From positions 5,146,001 to 5,210,000 of the forward strand of contig NC_091991.1 in the NCBI RefSeq assembly GCF_044704955.1: a DNA stretch of 64,000 bases. Direction: 5' to 3'. The notes below the pieces were generated by a model. That model saw only the letters and a program-made list of their open reading frames with translations, searched no databases and was not told where the DNA came from. Shown here piece after piece: positions 11,714 through 22,381 of the stretch (positions within the stretch are counted from its first letter, which is position 1; each line of letters starts with the position of its first letter). This DNA comes from Pristiophorus japonicus (taxonomy: Eukaryota). Made by a program: the position numbers and the translations under genes.

Positions 11714-12429
11714 CTGAAATGAAGAAAATATTGCTGAAATACGTGCACGAGAGAGACACTGCCACAGGAGTACAAATCGGCAACCCCTTCACCACCTTAA
11801 AAAAAATCCCTCCACCACCGGCCCACTCCCCTCCATCACCGGCGCACCGTGGCTGCAATGTGTACTATCCACAGGATGCACTGCAGCAACTCGCCAAGGC
11901 TTCTGAACCCGTGATCTCTACCACCTAGAAGGACAAGGGCAGCGGGTGCATGGGAGCAACATCCAAGTTTCCTTCCAAGTCACACACCATCCCGACTTGG
12001 ACATGAATCGGCCGTTCCTTCATCGTCGCGGAGTCAAAATCCTGGAACTCCCTTCCCAACAGCACTGTGGGAGCACCTTCACCACACGGACTGCAGCGGT
12101 TCAAGAAGGCGGCTCACCACCACCTTCTCAAGGGGCAATTAGGGATGGGCAATAAATGCCGGCCTTGCCAGCTACGCTCGCAAATTGATTTAAAAAATAT
12201 ATAAATGCCCCATAAGTCACAAGTGACAATTAATGGTCCTTTGTGCCTCGATACACCAAAATCTTTTTCACACATTGGCAGCCAGCCCTTTAAAGCTGGT
12301 AAGCTGCAAAAAGAATTTATGTGCGTGTTCAAGCCCATTTATTTGACAGCTTAGATCTCAGAGGAGCAATGTCTAAGAAGGGTCTCAATACCTCCCTATA
12401 TTTTGACTACTCTACATAATCACTAACTT

Positions 12430-13200
12430 TATTCGTAGGAAGAACGCGGAGAGGCAATATAAACTAAAGGGTACAATCCTAAAGGGGATGCATGAACAGA
12501 AAGAACTGGGGGTATACAAGATGTGCACAAATCATTGAAGGTGGCAGGGCAGGTTGATAAAACGGTTAAAAAAGCATATGGGATCCTGGGCTTTATAAAT
12601 AGAGTCATAGAGTACAAAAGCATGGAAATGATGATGAACCTGTATAAAACATTGGTTTGGCCTCAACTGGAGTATTGTGTCCAATTCTGGGCATCGCACT
12701 TTAGGAAGGATGTGAAGGCCTTAGAGAGGGTGCAGAAAAGATTTACAAGAACGTTTCCAGATATGAGGGACTTCAGTTACATGGAGAGACAGGAGAAGTT
12801 TAGAGCAGAGAAAGTTGAGGGGAGATTTGATTGAGGGGTCTGGACAGGATACATATAGAGAGAAACTGTTCCCATTGGCAGAAGTTGTCAAGAACCAGAG
12901 GACATAGATTTAAGGTGATTGGCAAAAGAACCAAAGGTGACATGAGAAAATACTTTTTTTTAAAAACACAGCGAGTGGTTAGGATCTGGAATGCGCTGCC
13001 TGAGAGGGTGGTGGAGGCAGACTCAATCGTGGCTTTCAAAAATGAATTGGATAAGGACTGGAAGGAAAAAAAAAAATGCAGGGCTATGGGGAAAGGGCAG
13101 GGGAGTGGGACTGGCTGAAGTGCTCTTGCAGAGAGCCGGCACGGGCTTGACGGGCTGAATGGCCTCCTTCTGTGCTGTAACCATTCTATGATTCTATTCT
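12430..13200 (+). mobile_element. CR1 LINE 3' fragment
   Basis: ORFs 12523..12834 and 12831..13118 (PQLEYCVQFW, TRGHRFKV). Confidence 0.85.
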
Positions 13201-14006
13201 CTGAGATATGTTAGCCACACTTTAATCGTGCCTCAAGAGCTATCCTTAAAGCTACTGGCTCCAGTGACGGCACTGGCCCCACTCCTGCCCATCCCATCTG
13301 TCCCTCTCCCAGTCACTGCTTCTGAATGGCATCTCTGACCTGCTCCCCTCCTGTGAGCGTGTGTCACGTCCTTGGCTAGCACTTGTGGCCTCCCTGGGCC
13401 CTTGCTTCAGAGTGTGCCCAGCCTCACACCCGAGCATCTGCTGATTCCCACCCCTACCCCTCCTCCCCAAAACCCCATTTCCCCACCCCAGCAGTAAATC
13501 CCGTGCCCCCCCCACCCCAACACCCCAACACTCCAACACACCAGCTCCAGTGCGGCTAGATCCCCAAGTGTCCCCACACTCCAGACCCTACGACGGTATT
13601 CCCTTACTCTCTTCCCAATGCTCCCATTCCCCAGACTCGAGTGCTGCATTTGTAGCTCCCAACCTCAAAAACCCCTGGTCACCAGCTCCCTTCCCACCAC
13701 AGTGCTACCAGAACCTCGCACCTCATTGTGTGTTTCCGTAGTCCACATCATAGCGCCTCCACCCCAAACAACTATTTGCACAGCCCAATTCCAACATCAC
13801 AAAAAAGAGCTGCAATATGCCATTCTCTCGCCTGGCCTGATCCTTATTCCTTTCAGTAAGCTCTGCATCTCTGACACACACACACACACCTTTTCAGTGC
13901 AAGAACGTGTGTGACAGCCATATAGAAGAGAGGAGAAAAAAGGGAACAGAAGCTGGAGAGCGAGAGCGAGAGACAGTGAGAATGTTTAATATAAATTAAA
14001 ATAAAA

Positions 14007-14230
14007 TTAGCTGCTTGGGCCCTAAGCTCTGGAATTCCCTCCCTAAACCTCTCCGCCTCTCTTTCCTCCTTAAAATCTACCTCTTTGACCAAGCTTTTGG
14101 TAATGTGCCGTAATTTCTTCTTATATGGCTCGGTGTCAAATTTATCTGTTTTGTCTTATAACACTACTGTGAAGTGCCTAGGGACTTTTTACTACATTAA
14201 AGGCGCTATATAAATTAAAGTTGTTGTTGA
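14007..14230 (+). mobile_element. L2-type LINE 3' end (related copies at ~17540-17740 and ~22960-23420)
   Basis: CTCTGGAATTCCCTCCCTAAACCTCTCCGCC...AAAGGCGCTATATAAA tail shared with the DeuSINE 3' end. Confidence 0.7.
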
Positions 14231-14344
14231 TGTTGAAAAAATGAATGGAAGAAATATTCTGAGTGCCAAAGGATATGATGAATCTCAGAAATAACTGAGG
14301 AATTGCAGTCTCAAAAGCCTGGGTGAGCTCACTGACAGCGAGCA

Positions 14345-15062
14345 ATGGTCTGTAACTGGGCAGATAATGCTGCTTTTCTGGGCCGGGCCACCGCATACTA
14401 CTCCCGCGAATGGCCCCAGCCTGCTGATGGTCTTGCAGGCCGGGAGCGTGCCAATTGCTGCGTGCTAGGACATGGCTCACCCAAGGCCATCAGCAGGCCG
14501 GGGCCATTAGTGGGAGCAACATGCTGTGGTATACCACTGCAGGGAGCAGCGCGTGCTACTGCAGGAGAGCATCAGCTGCGAGGAGGACGACTGGATTTGA
14601 CGATGCCCAAATCCAGGTCAGTGATTGCAGTGCGGGCAGGTACAGCAGGAATGGAGAGGTTGGGGCGAAGGAGCAGCAAGAGTTTGTAGAGGGAAGTGAT
14701 TGGGGCCCAGGAGAGGCGAGGGTTCGGGTCCCAGAAGAGGCGAGGGCCCAGGGGCAGCACGGGCCCAGCCCACACTGCGATATGTGCGCGCACGAGGTCC
14801 GTGCAGCAGAGCTGGTCTCTAGTCGTCTTGGTTAATCCTTGCCACTGGACCAAGACCTAGCTCTGTCGAGCCCGTGTGGTGGCTGGTGTGCAACGGCCAC
14901 CACACCTTAAAAAAATCCACGCACAGGCATCTTCCACCCTTCAACATGTAGTTCGGGACCTGGAATATTAGGTCCTTTATTGAAACACCTGTGAACTCAT
15001 CCCTTTTCGGCGTGGAAGCAAGTCATCCTCGTTTCGAGGGACTGCCTATGATGATGATGATA
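14345..15062 (+). mobile_element. Non-coding retroposon carrying the RTE 3' tail
   Basis: Ends GGAAGCAAGTCATCCTCGTTTCGAGGGACTGCCTATGATGATGATG, nearly the same as the RTE tails at ~34340, ~52150 and ~57445. The body is not RTE ORF sequence. 5' boundary approximate. Confidence 0.55.
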
Positions 15063-15269
15063 AATGCTGCTTTTCTGTACACACCACGACACCACTTCCT
15101 GTCAACTGGTTAGAGCAAGACCGCTTGAAGTCACGATGGTGGAGGAAAGCCACAATGTGACAGTTTTACCATCGCACCCAAGGCAAGCGAAGATGAGAAG
15201 CCCTGTACGGGAAAACTAGGTTAAAAATGTAATCACATTAATAAATTAACTTCGATGGTCGATACTTAC

Positions 15270-15316
15270 TCATCAGGACGAGGACCATAAGCAACGCTGG
15301 AACATATCCTCCAACC
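15270..15316 (-). CDS. CAPS2: Calcyphosine-2, coding exon 2 (GWRICSSVAYGPRPD)
   Basis: aaacag acceptor and gtaagt donor; 47 nt, phase 0/2, which exactly bridges the neighbouring exons. Confidence 0.8.
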
Positions 15317-15589
15317 CTGTTTACAGAAGGAGGTTTATAAAACCAATTATTACTCAATGACAGTGACCAAAATGCTATTATCAGTCAGCACAATGAACCT
15401 ATAGCGAAGCGTATGAAGTGGTAAGAGGCAAATTAAACCAGTAACAAGCAAAATAAACCAACAACACGTGTGATAAATTAGCAGTGAGATTCATGAGCTA
15501 ACAGTGAGTGTAATAACCAAGCAGATAAACTGAGCTAACTTAATTAGTTAGTAGTGACTATAATGTACCAGCAGTGGGAACAATAAAAG

Positions 15590-16537
15590 AAATGACTTGC
15601 ATTTATATAGCGTCTTTCACAACCATCGGACATCTCAAAGCGCTTTACAGCCAATGGAGTACTTTTGGAGTGTAGTCACTGTTGTGATGTGGGAAATGTG
15701 GCAGCCAATTTGCGCACAGCAAGCTCCCACAAACAGCAATGTGATAATCTGATTGTTGATTGAGAGAGAACTCCCTTGCTCTTCTGCAAAATAGTGCCAT
15801 GGGATCTTTTACGTCCACCTGAGAGAGCAGGTTTTAACATTGCATCCAAAAGACAGCACCTACGACAGTGCAGCGCTCCCTCAGCACTGCACTGGAGTGT
15901 CAATCTAGAATTTTGTGCTCCAGTCCCTGGAGTGGAACTTGCACCCACAACCTTCTAACTCAGGCGCGAAGGTGCCATCACTGAACCACAGGCTTACACA
16001 CATTTTAGCCTTAATTCTATGCTTTTGTAATCTATGGCACCATTAATAAAACCTAGGATCAAAGATTTTTTTTTTTGAATAGCTTTATCAACCTTTCAAA
16101 GATTTGTGTATCTCACCTCAACACACACTGTTCATCAACTCCTTTTAACGTTATATCATTTGGTGTCTATGTCCTCTCCTTACTCATCCTTCCAAAATAT
16201 ATCATCCCACATTTCACAAGACATTAAACCGAGGCCCCGTCTACTCTCTCAGGTGGATGTAAAAGATCCCACGGCACTATTTCGAAGAGCAGGGGAGTTA
16301 TCCCCGGTGTCCTGGCCAATATTTATCCCTCAAATCAACATAACAAAAAACAGATTTTCAGGTCATTATCACATTGCTGTGTGTGGGAGCTTGCTTGTGC
16401 GCAAATTGGCTGCCCCGTTTCCTGCATTACAACAGTGACTACACTCCAAAAGTACTTCATTGTCTGTAAAGCGCTTTGAGATGTCTGGTGGTTGTGAAAG
16501 GCACTATATAAATGCAAGTCTTTCTTTCTTTCTTTCC
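15590..16537. mobile_element. Two DeuSINE copies (15590-15995 minus; ~16215-16537 plus, 5'-truncated)
   Basis: Same central domain and tail as 10635-11087. Confidence 0.75.
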
Positions 16538-16539
16538 TA

Positions 16540-17448
16540 CCTAAGGTGTGATGCCCAGAACTGAACATAGTACTCCAGGTGTGGTCTAATTAGAGCTTTG
16601 TATAGCTGCAGCATAACTTCTACACCCTTTGTATTCTAGTCCTCCAGATATAAAGGCCAGCATTAGATTAGCCTTTTTGATCATTTTTTGTACCTGTCCA
16701 TACATTTTAAAGATCCAAGTACCTGGACTTCCAACTCTCTTTAATTAAATAAATCTGGATTAAAAAGCTAGTATCGGTAATGGTGACATGACAACAGATT
16801 GTGGTAAAACCCCATCTAGCTCACTAATGTCCTTTAGGGAAGGAAAGCCGGTCTGGCCTGTACGTGACTCCAGATCCACAGCAATGTGGTGACTCTCACA
16901 TGGCCTCTGAAGTGGCCTCAAGCCACTCAGTCATACCAAACCGCTACAAAAAAGCAGCTGTTGAAGAAGGCAGCTCACAACCACCTTCTTGAGGGCAATT
17001 AGGGATGGGCCTTTGTTGCACAATCATTAATGTGGCCACACAGAACATTCAGAGCAGTGTGCCAGTGGGCGATTGCCAGCTTTGGTTCTCTTCACTTACA
17101 GACTTGGTGCTTTGTGTGTTTTTGTTGCTATCTTATTTCCTTGTGCTGCTATTTGTGCCGTGTGTTGGCCCCGTTGTGTTTGTGTAGCAGCAAGAGAATG
17201 TGCAGCAAGAAATGTGAGAGAGCGAGAGCAGCTGAAAGGATGGTGATTGATGAAGGGCAGTGTGAGTGTGTGGAGCTGTGGCGGCAGCAAAAGCCTACTG
17301 CACCTGGTATTCCCAGGCAGTCTCCCATCCAAGTACTAACCAGGCCTGACTCTGCTTAGCTTCCGAGATCAGACGAGATCGGGCGCTTTCAGACTAGTAT
17401 GGCCGTAGGCATTTGCTGTTCAACTTTCTCTTTCCTTAAAGGCACACA
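16540..17448. repeat. Paralogous segment of 1264-1313 plus 3267-4402 (CR1 fragment, SINE fragment, 5S spacer, 5S gene)
   Basis: Same order and junctions of fragments. Spacer GTGTGCCAGTGGG...GAGCTGTGGCGGC is almost identical; lacks the CR1 and MITE insertions of the left copy. Confidence 0.92.
17291..17410 (-). rRNA. 5S rRNA gene, copy 2 (120 nt), inside the CAPS2 intron between coding exons 1 and 2
   Basis: Same as copy 1 except canonical GGGAATACCAGGTG. T4 terminator at 17289-17292; same upstream TTTAA element. Confidence 0.95.
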
Positions 17449-17859
17449 TTCTCGTTGCTCAATCATTAACCTATATATAATTCATACATTTTGGTTGAAG
17501 GATAAATGTTGGTATGAATCCCTGATTTCCTTCACTCCATCATTGGTGGCTGTGCCTTCAGCGGCCCAGGCCCTTAACATTGCAATTCTCTCTGCCTCTC
17601 ACTCCTCCTTTGACTCTACTTAAAACCTATCTCTTTGACTCACTTTATGTGGCTCGGTGTCAAACTTTGTCTGATAAACTTCTGTGAAGCGCCTTGGGAC
17701 ATTTGACCACGTTAAATGCACTATATAAATTCAAGTTCTTGTTGTTTCCCTCTCTGCCAATGCTGTCTGGCCTGCTGAGGGTATTCCAGCATTTTCTGTT
17801 TTTTAAAAAAATGAAACCTTCACTAACAGACTTTTGAAAGTGGGGCAAGAGACGGGGGA

Positions 17860-18834
17860 GGGGCAAAATTGCCCCCTGACAAAGTAGACGCACCTACCAT
17901 TTGTGAAGATTTTTTTTGGGGAGGGGGCGGAGAGTAGAACGATATTCAGGACTTGGAAAAAAAATGTAATCTGTGGGCGGTGATCGGGTCGGAAGTGTGT
18001 GTGTGGAGCAGTTCGGATGTCCCTTGGGAGTCATTAGCACCACACTGGTGATGTGACAATGTACCCTCTCCTTCAGTTATAGCGGAGGGCTGCTGCGAAC
18101 TCTGCAGCCACTTTAGTGGCGCCCGCTGGGCCACCAGGGTCTTGGTCAGGCCAGTTGCCCAGTACCCAAGAGGGCATTGCCGGGCTAACTGTTGGCGGCC
18201 CGGCCGAACCCATGGACGCCATTGTCGGACGACAGTTAAAATAAAATGGCGTCTGCGGCAGTGCGCCCTCCTCTTAAAGGGCAGACGCACAGCCCAGACA
18301 CAAGCTGTCGGCGGTGTCATGTATTCAACCAGCATTGTAACCCGTGTATAATCTGACCTAAGTTGTACACCGTGAGAACAATGACCACAAGGTGGTGAAC
18401 TTGTGGGAGACACTCCTAACCTGGACCTTCAGAGATAAGAGGGGAAGCTCCACCCACTTCCATCACTTGAGTGCTAAGGAATAAAGGACAGGTCACAGAC
18501 TGACCTTCTCTCAAGCATGGGCCTCGTGTGCATTTATACTGTACAGTAAGGACGTATCAGGCGGCACTGACAGGCGTCGCTGGTACTCCCGCGGCACAAT
18601 TTCCCGCGTGGGGGCAGAAAGGGTATAGTCGCCGCTCAGAAAGGGTTCAGCACGCGCCCAACAGGGTGGCAACACGGGCAGTGCGGAAACCCGTTTCCAC
18701 CACTTCTGATCTGGGGGGACAATTTAGGAACGGAAGGCCCATCCGTCTGCTCCCAGTCGGTGAGCCCTATCCGCTCCATTGCCGCCTCTTAAGAGACGAT
18801 AATGGGCATTAATGAGGGCGGCAATTTTGGCCCC
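17860..18834. mobile_element. Non-autonomous TIR DNA transposon (possibly PIF/Harbinger-type) containing a solo LTR
   Basis: Termini GGGGCAAAATTGCC ... GGCAATTTTGGCCCC; GC-rich non-coding interior. Confidence 0.6.
18315..18559 (+). mobile_element. Solo LTR, 245 bp
   Basis: TG...CA termini, perfect 5-bp TSD GGCGG (18310-18314 and 18560-18564), internal AATAAA at ~18480. Confidence 0.85.
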
Positions 18835-18965
18835 ACAGTCTTTGGGCTGCTACCTGTGAATACAGAGCGGTTTTATTTTGGGGTGGGGAGGACCAGCAGC
18901 TTAAGCTGGCCAGAAGCAGCAGACCACACCTCCCCCACATGCAAACATCTGCAGGTGCAGCTTAC

Positions 18966-19034
18966 CTGTGCAGGTCTCTGCCTGGCTGAATTCCTCTGGG
19001 CTTGTGTGCCGATGCCTTTAACTTCCAGGTCCAT
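18966..19034 (-). CDS. CAPS2: Calcyphosine-2, first coding exon (MDLEVKGIGTQAQRNSARQRPAQ); exon starts at 19042
   Basis: ttgcag acceptor at 19043-19044, ATG at 19034, CAG|gtaag donor. MDLEVKG matches the recalled human CAPS2 N-terminus, and CAPS2 neighbours the GLIPR1 cluster in human. Confidence 0.9.
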
Positions 19035-19239
19035 TTAAAATGCTGCAACAACAACAACACTGAAGTTAACAGGAATCTTTTGTTGTTGAAGTCTAAACTG
19101 TGCATCGGAAAGCGACGAGGGCCGCACTGTGAGGTGGGCGAGCGGTGCTGTATATATTATATATATGTGCAGGTGATGCTGTATATGTTATATATATTAT
19201 ACACACACACACACACACCTGGAGCAGTTACCTGTGAGC

Positions 19240-22050
19240 CCACCTGGCCCCGGCCTCACCTGTTCCCCCCCCGGCCCACAGCCTCACCTATTCCCCAGAC
19301 ACCCGGCCTCCCCCCCGGCCCACAGCCTCACCTGTTCCCCTGACCCCCAGCCTCACCTGTTCCCTCCCCTCTTCCCCCCCCCCCCCCGCCCACAGCCTCA
19401 CCTGTTCCCCCGACCCCCGGCCCACAGCCTCACCTGTTCCCCTCCCCCCCCCCGGCCCACAGCCTCACCTGACCTCCCCCCCGGCCTCACCTGTTCCCCT
19501 CCCCCCTTGCCCACAGCCTCACCTGTTCCCCTCCCCCCTTGCCCACAGCCTCACCTGTTCCCCTCCCCCCCGGCCCACAGCCTCACCTGTTCCCCTCCCC
19601 CCTTGCCCACAGCCTCACCTGTTCCCCTCCCCCCCGGCCCACAGCCTCACCTGTTCCCCTCCCCCCCGGCCCACAGCCTCACCTGTTCCCCTCCCCCCCC
19701 CGGCCCACAGCCTCACCCTGTTCCCCTCCCCCCTTGCCCACAGCCTCACCTGTTCCCCTCCCCCCTTGCCCACAGCCTCACCTGTTCCCCTCCCCCCCGG
19801 CCCACAGCCTCACCTGTTCCCCTCCCCCCCGGCCCACAGCCTCACCTGTTCCCCTCCCCCCCGGCCCACAGCCTCACCTGTTCCCCTCCCCCCCGGCCCA
19901 CAGCCTCACCTGTTCCCCTCCCCAACCTCCCGGCCCACAGCCTCACCTGTTCCCCTCCCCCCTTGCCCGCAGCCTCACCTGTTCCCCTCCCCCCCGGCCC
20001 ACAGCCTCACCTGTTCCCCTCCCCCCCGGCCCACAGCCTCACCTGTTCCCCTCCCCCCCGGCCCACAGCCTCACCTGTTCCCCTCCCCAACCCCCCGGCC
20101 CACAGCCTCACCTGTTCCCCTCCCCAACCCCCCGGCCCACGGCCTCACCTGTTCCCCTCCCCCCCGGCCCACAGCCTCACCTGTTCCCCTCCCCCCTTGC
20201 CCACAGCCTCACCTGTTCCCCTCCCCCCTTGCCCACAGCCTCACCTGTTCCCCTCCCCCCCGGCCCACAGCCTCACCTGTTCCCCTCCCCCCCGGTCCAC
20301 AGCCTCACCTGTTCCCCTCCCCCCCGGCCCACAGCCTCACCTGTTCCCCTCCCCCCCCGGCCCACAGCCTCACCTGTTCCCCTCCCCAACCCCCCGGCCC
20401 ACAGCCTCACCTGTTCCCCTCCCCAACCCCCTGGCCCACAGCCTCACCTGTTCCCCTCCCCCCCGGCCCACAGCCTCACCTGTTCCCCTCCCCCCTTGCC
20501 CACAGCCTCACCTGTTCCCCTCCCCCCCCGGCCCACAGCCTCACCTGTTCCCCTCCCCAACCCCCCGGCCCACAGCCTCACCTGTTCCCCTCCCCAACCC
20601 CCCGGCCCACGGCCTCACCTGTTCCCCTCCCCCCCGGCCCACAGCCTCACCTGTTCCCCTCCCCCCTTGCCCACAGCCTCACCTGTTCCCCTCCCCCCTT
20701 GCCCACAGCCTCACCTGTTCCCCTCCCCCCCGGCCCACAGCCTCACCTGTTCCCCTCCCCCCCGGTCCACAGCCTCACCTGTTCCCCTCCCCCCCGGCCC
20801 ACAGCCTCACCTGTTCCCCTCCCCCCCCGGCCCACAGCCTCACCTGTTCCCCTCCCCAACCCCCCGGCCCACAGCCTCACCTGTTCCCCTCCCCAACCCC
20901 CTGGCCCACAGCCTCACCTGTTCCCCTCCCCCCCGGCCCACAGCCTCACCTGTTCCCCTCCCCCCTTGCCCACAGCCTCACCTGTTCCCCTCCCCCCCCG
21001 GCCCACAGCCTCACCTGTTCCCCTCCCCCCCCCGGCCCACAGCCTCACCTGTTCCCCTCCCCCCCCCGGCCCACAGCCTCACCTGTTCCCCTCCCCCCCG
21101 GCCCACAGCCTCACCTGTTCCCCTCCCCCCCTGCCCACAGCCTCACCTGTTCCCCTCCCCCCTTGCCCACAGCCTCACCTGTTCCCCTCCCCCCCGGCCC
21201 ACAGCCTCACCTGTTCCCCTCCCCCCTTGCCCACAGCCTCACCTGTTCCCCTCCCCCCCCGGCCCACAGCCTCACCTGTTCCCCTCCCCCCCCCGGCCCA
21301 CAGCCTCACCTGTTCCCCTCCCCCCCGGCCCACAGCCTCACCTGTTCCCCTCCCCCCCTGCCCACAGCCTCACCTGTTCCCCTCCCCCCCGGCCCACAGC
21401 CTCACCTGTTTCCCCCCCGGCCCACAGCCTCACCTGTTCCCCTCCCCCCCCCGGCCCACAGCCTCACCTGTTCCCCTCCCCCCCCCGGCCCACAGCCTCA
21501 CCTGTTCCCCTCCCCCCTTGCCCACAGCCTCACCTGTTCCCCTCCCCCCCGGCCCACAGCCTCACCTGTTCCCCTCCCCCCTTGCCCACAGCCTCACCTG
21601 TTCCCCTCCCCCCCGGCCCACAGCCTCACCTGTTCCCCTCCCCCCTTGCCCACAGCCTCACCTGTTCCCCTCCCCCCCTGCCCACAGCCTCACCTGTTCC
21701 CCTCCCCCCCGGCCCACAGCCTCACCTGTTCCCCCCCGGCCCACAGCCTCACCTGTTCCCCTCCCCCCCCCGGCCCACAGCCTCACCTGTTCCCCTCCCC
21801 CCCCCGGCCCACAGCCTCACCTGTTCCCCTCCCCCCCTGCCCACAGCCTCACCTGTTCCCCTCCCCCCCGGCCCACAGCCTCACCTGTTCCCCTCCCCCC
21901 CCCCGGCCCACAGCCTCACCTGTTCCCCTCCCCCCCCCCGGCCCACAGCCTCACCTGTTCCCCTCCCCCCCCCCCCCGGCCCACAGCCTCACCTGTTCCC
22001 CTCCCCCCCGGCCCACAGCCTCACCTGTTCCCCTCCCCAACCCCCCGGCC
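19240..22050. repeat. ~30-bp minisatellite, roughly 90 units, filling CAPS2 intron 1
   Basis: Unit GGCCCACAGCCTCACCTGTTCCCCTCCCCCCC with variable C-run and TTG/CAAC variants. Confidence 0.97.
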
Positions 22051-22054
22051 TTAC

Positions 22055-22098
22055 CTGTCCGCCTCTTCCCTCGGCCGCCCCCGCGTCAATCACCGCGC
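22055..22098 (-). other. CAPS2: Probable non-coding first exon of CAPS2 (5' end undefined)
   Basis: GGACAG|GTAAGG donor in a CpG-rich unique patch next to an X-box; the downstream ATG exon has its own acceptor. Confidence 0.6.
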
Positions 22099-22112
22099 GT
22101 TGTCATGGCGAC
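22099..22112. promoter_or_regulatory. RFX X-box (ciliary gene promoter motif)
   Basis: GTTGTCATGGCGAC fits the palindromic X-box GTTGCCATGGCAAC. An NRF1-like CATGCGCAC lies at ~22131. Confidence 0.75.
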
Positions 22113-22314
22113 CGCCAGCGTCTCAGCGCCCATGCGCACCGTGCGGCTGGGAGCAATGGTATCCCCCCCTCCCTGCTGCAGCCTCTCATGCACTGGCAGC
22201 ATCCTCATTGAAACCTGCTGCACCCTCTCTTAACAGGATATTCTACTTGCAACCTTATAATAGAATTAATTCCAATCTGTGTGGCTTGTAATGCAGGGCC
22301 AGCCAGGTCCCACA

Positions 22315-22381
22315 ACTCTTTTTGGGGAGTACAAATAAACATTAGGTCAAGTGACCCCCGATCTGGGGGACACTCCAGACA
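22315..22381 (-). mobile_element. 67-bp extreme 3' tail of a Tx1-like LINE
   Basis: 14-bp TSD AGCCAGGTCCCACA (22301-22314 and 22382-22395). The insert is the reverse complement of the 40754-40817 tail, with several substitutions. Confidence 0.8.

Noticed and set aside
19234-22291. Three overlapping 841-999 aa proline-rich ORFs; CRISPR-like periodicity
   Set aside because: Artefact of a stop-free minisatellite open in all three frames. There are no unique spacers, and the context is eukaryotic.
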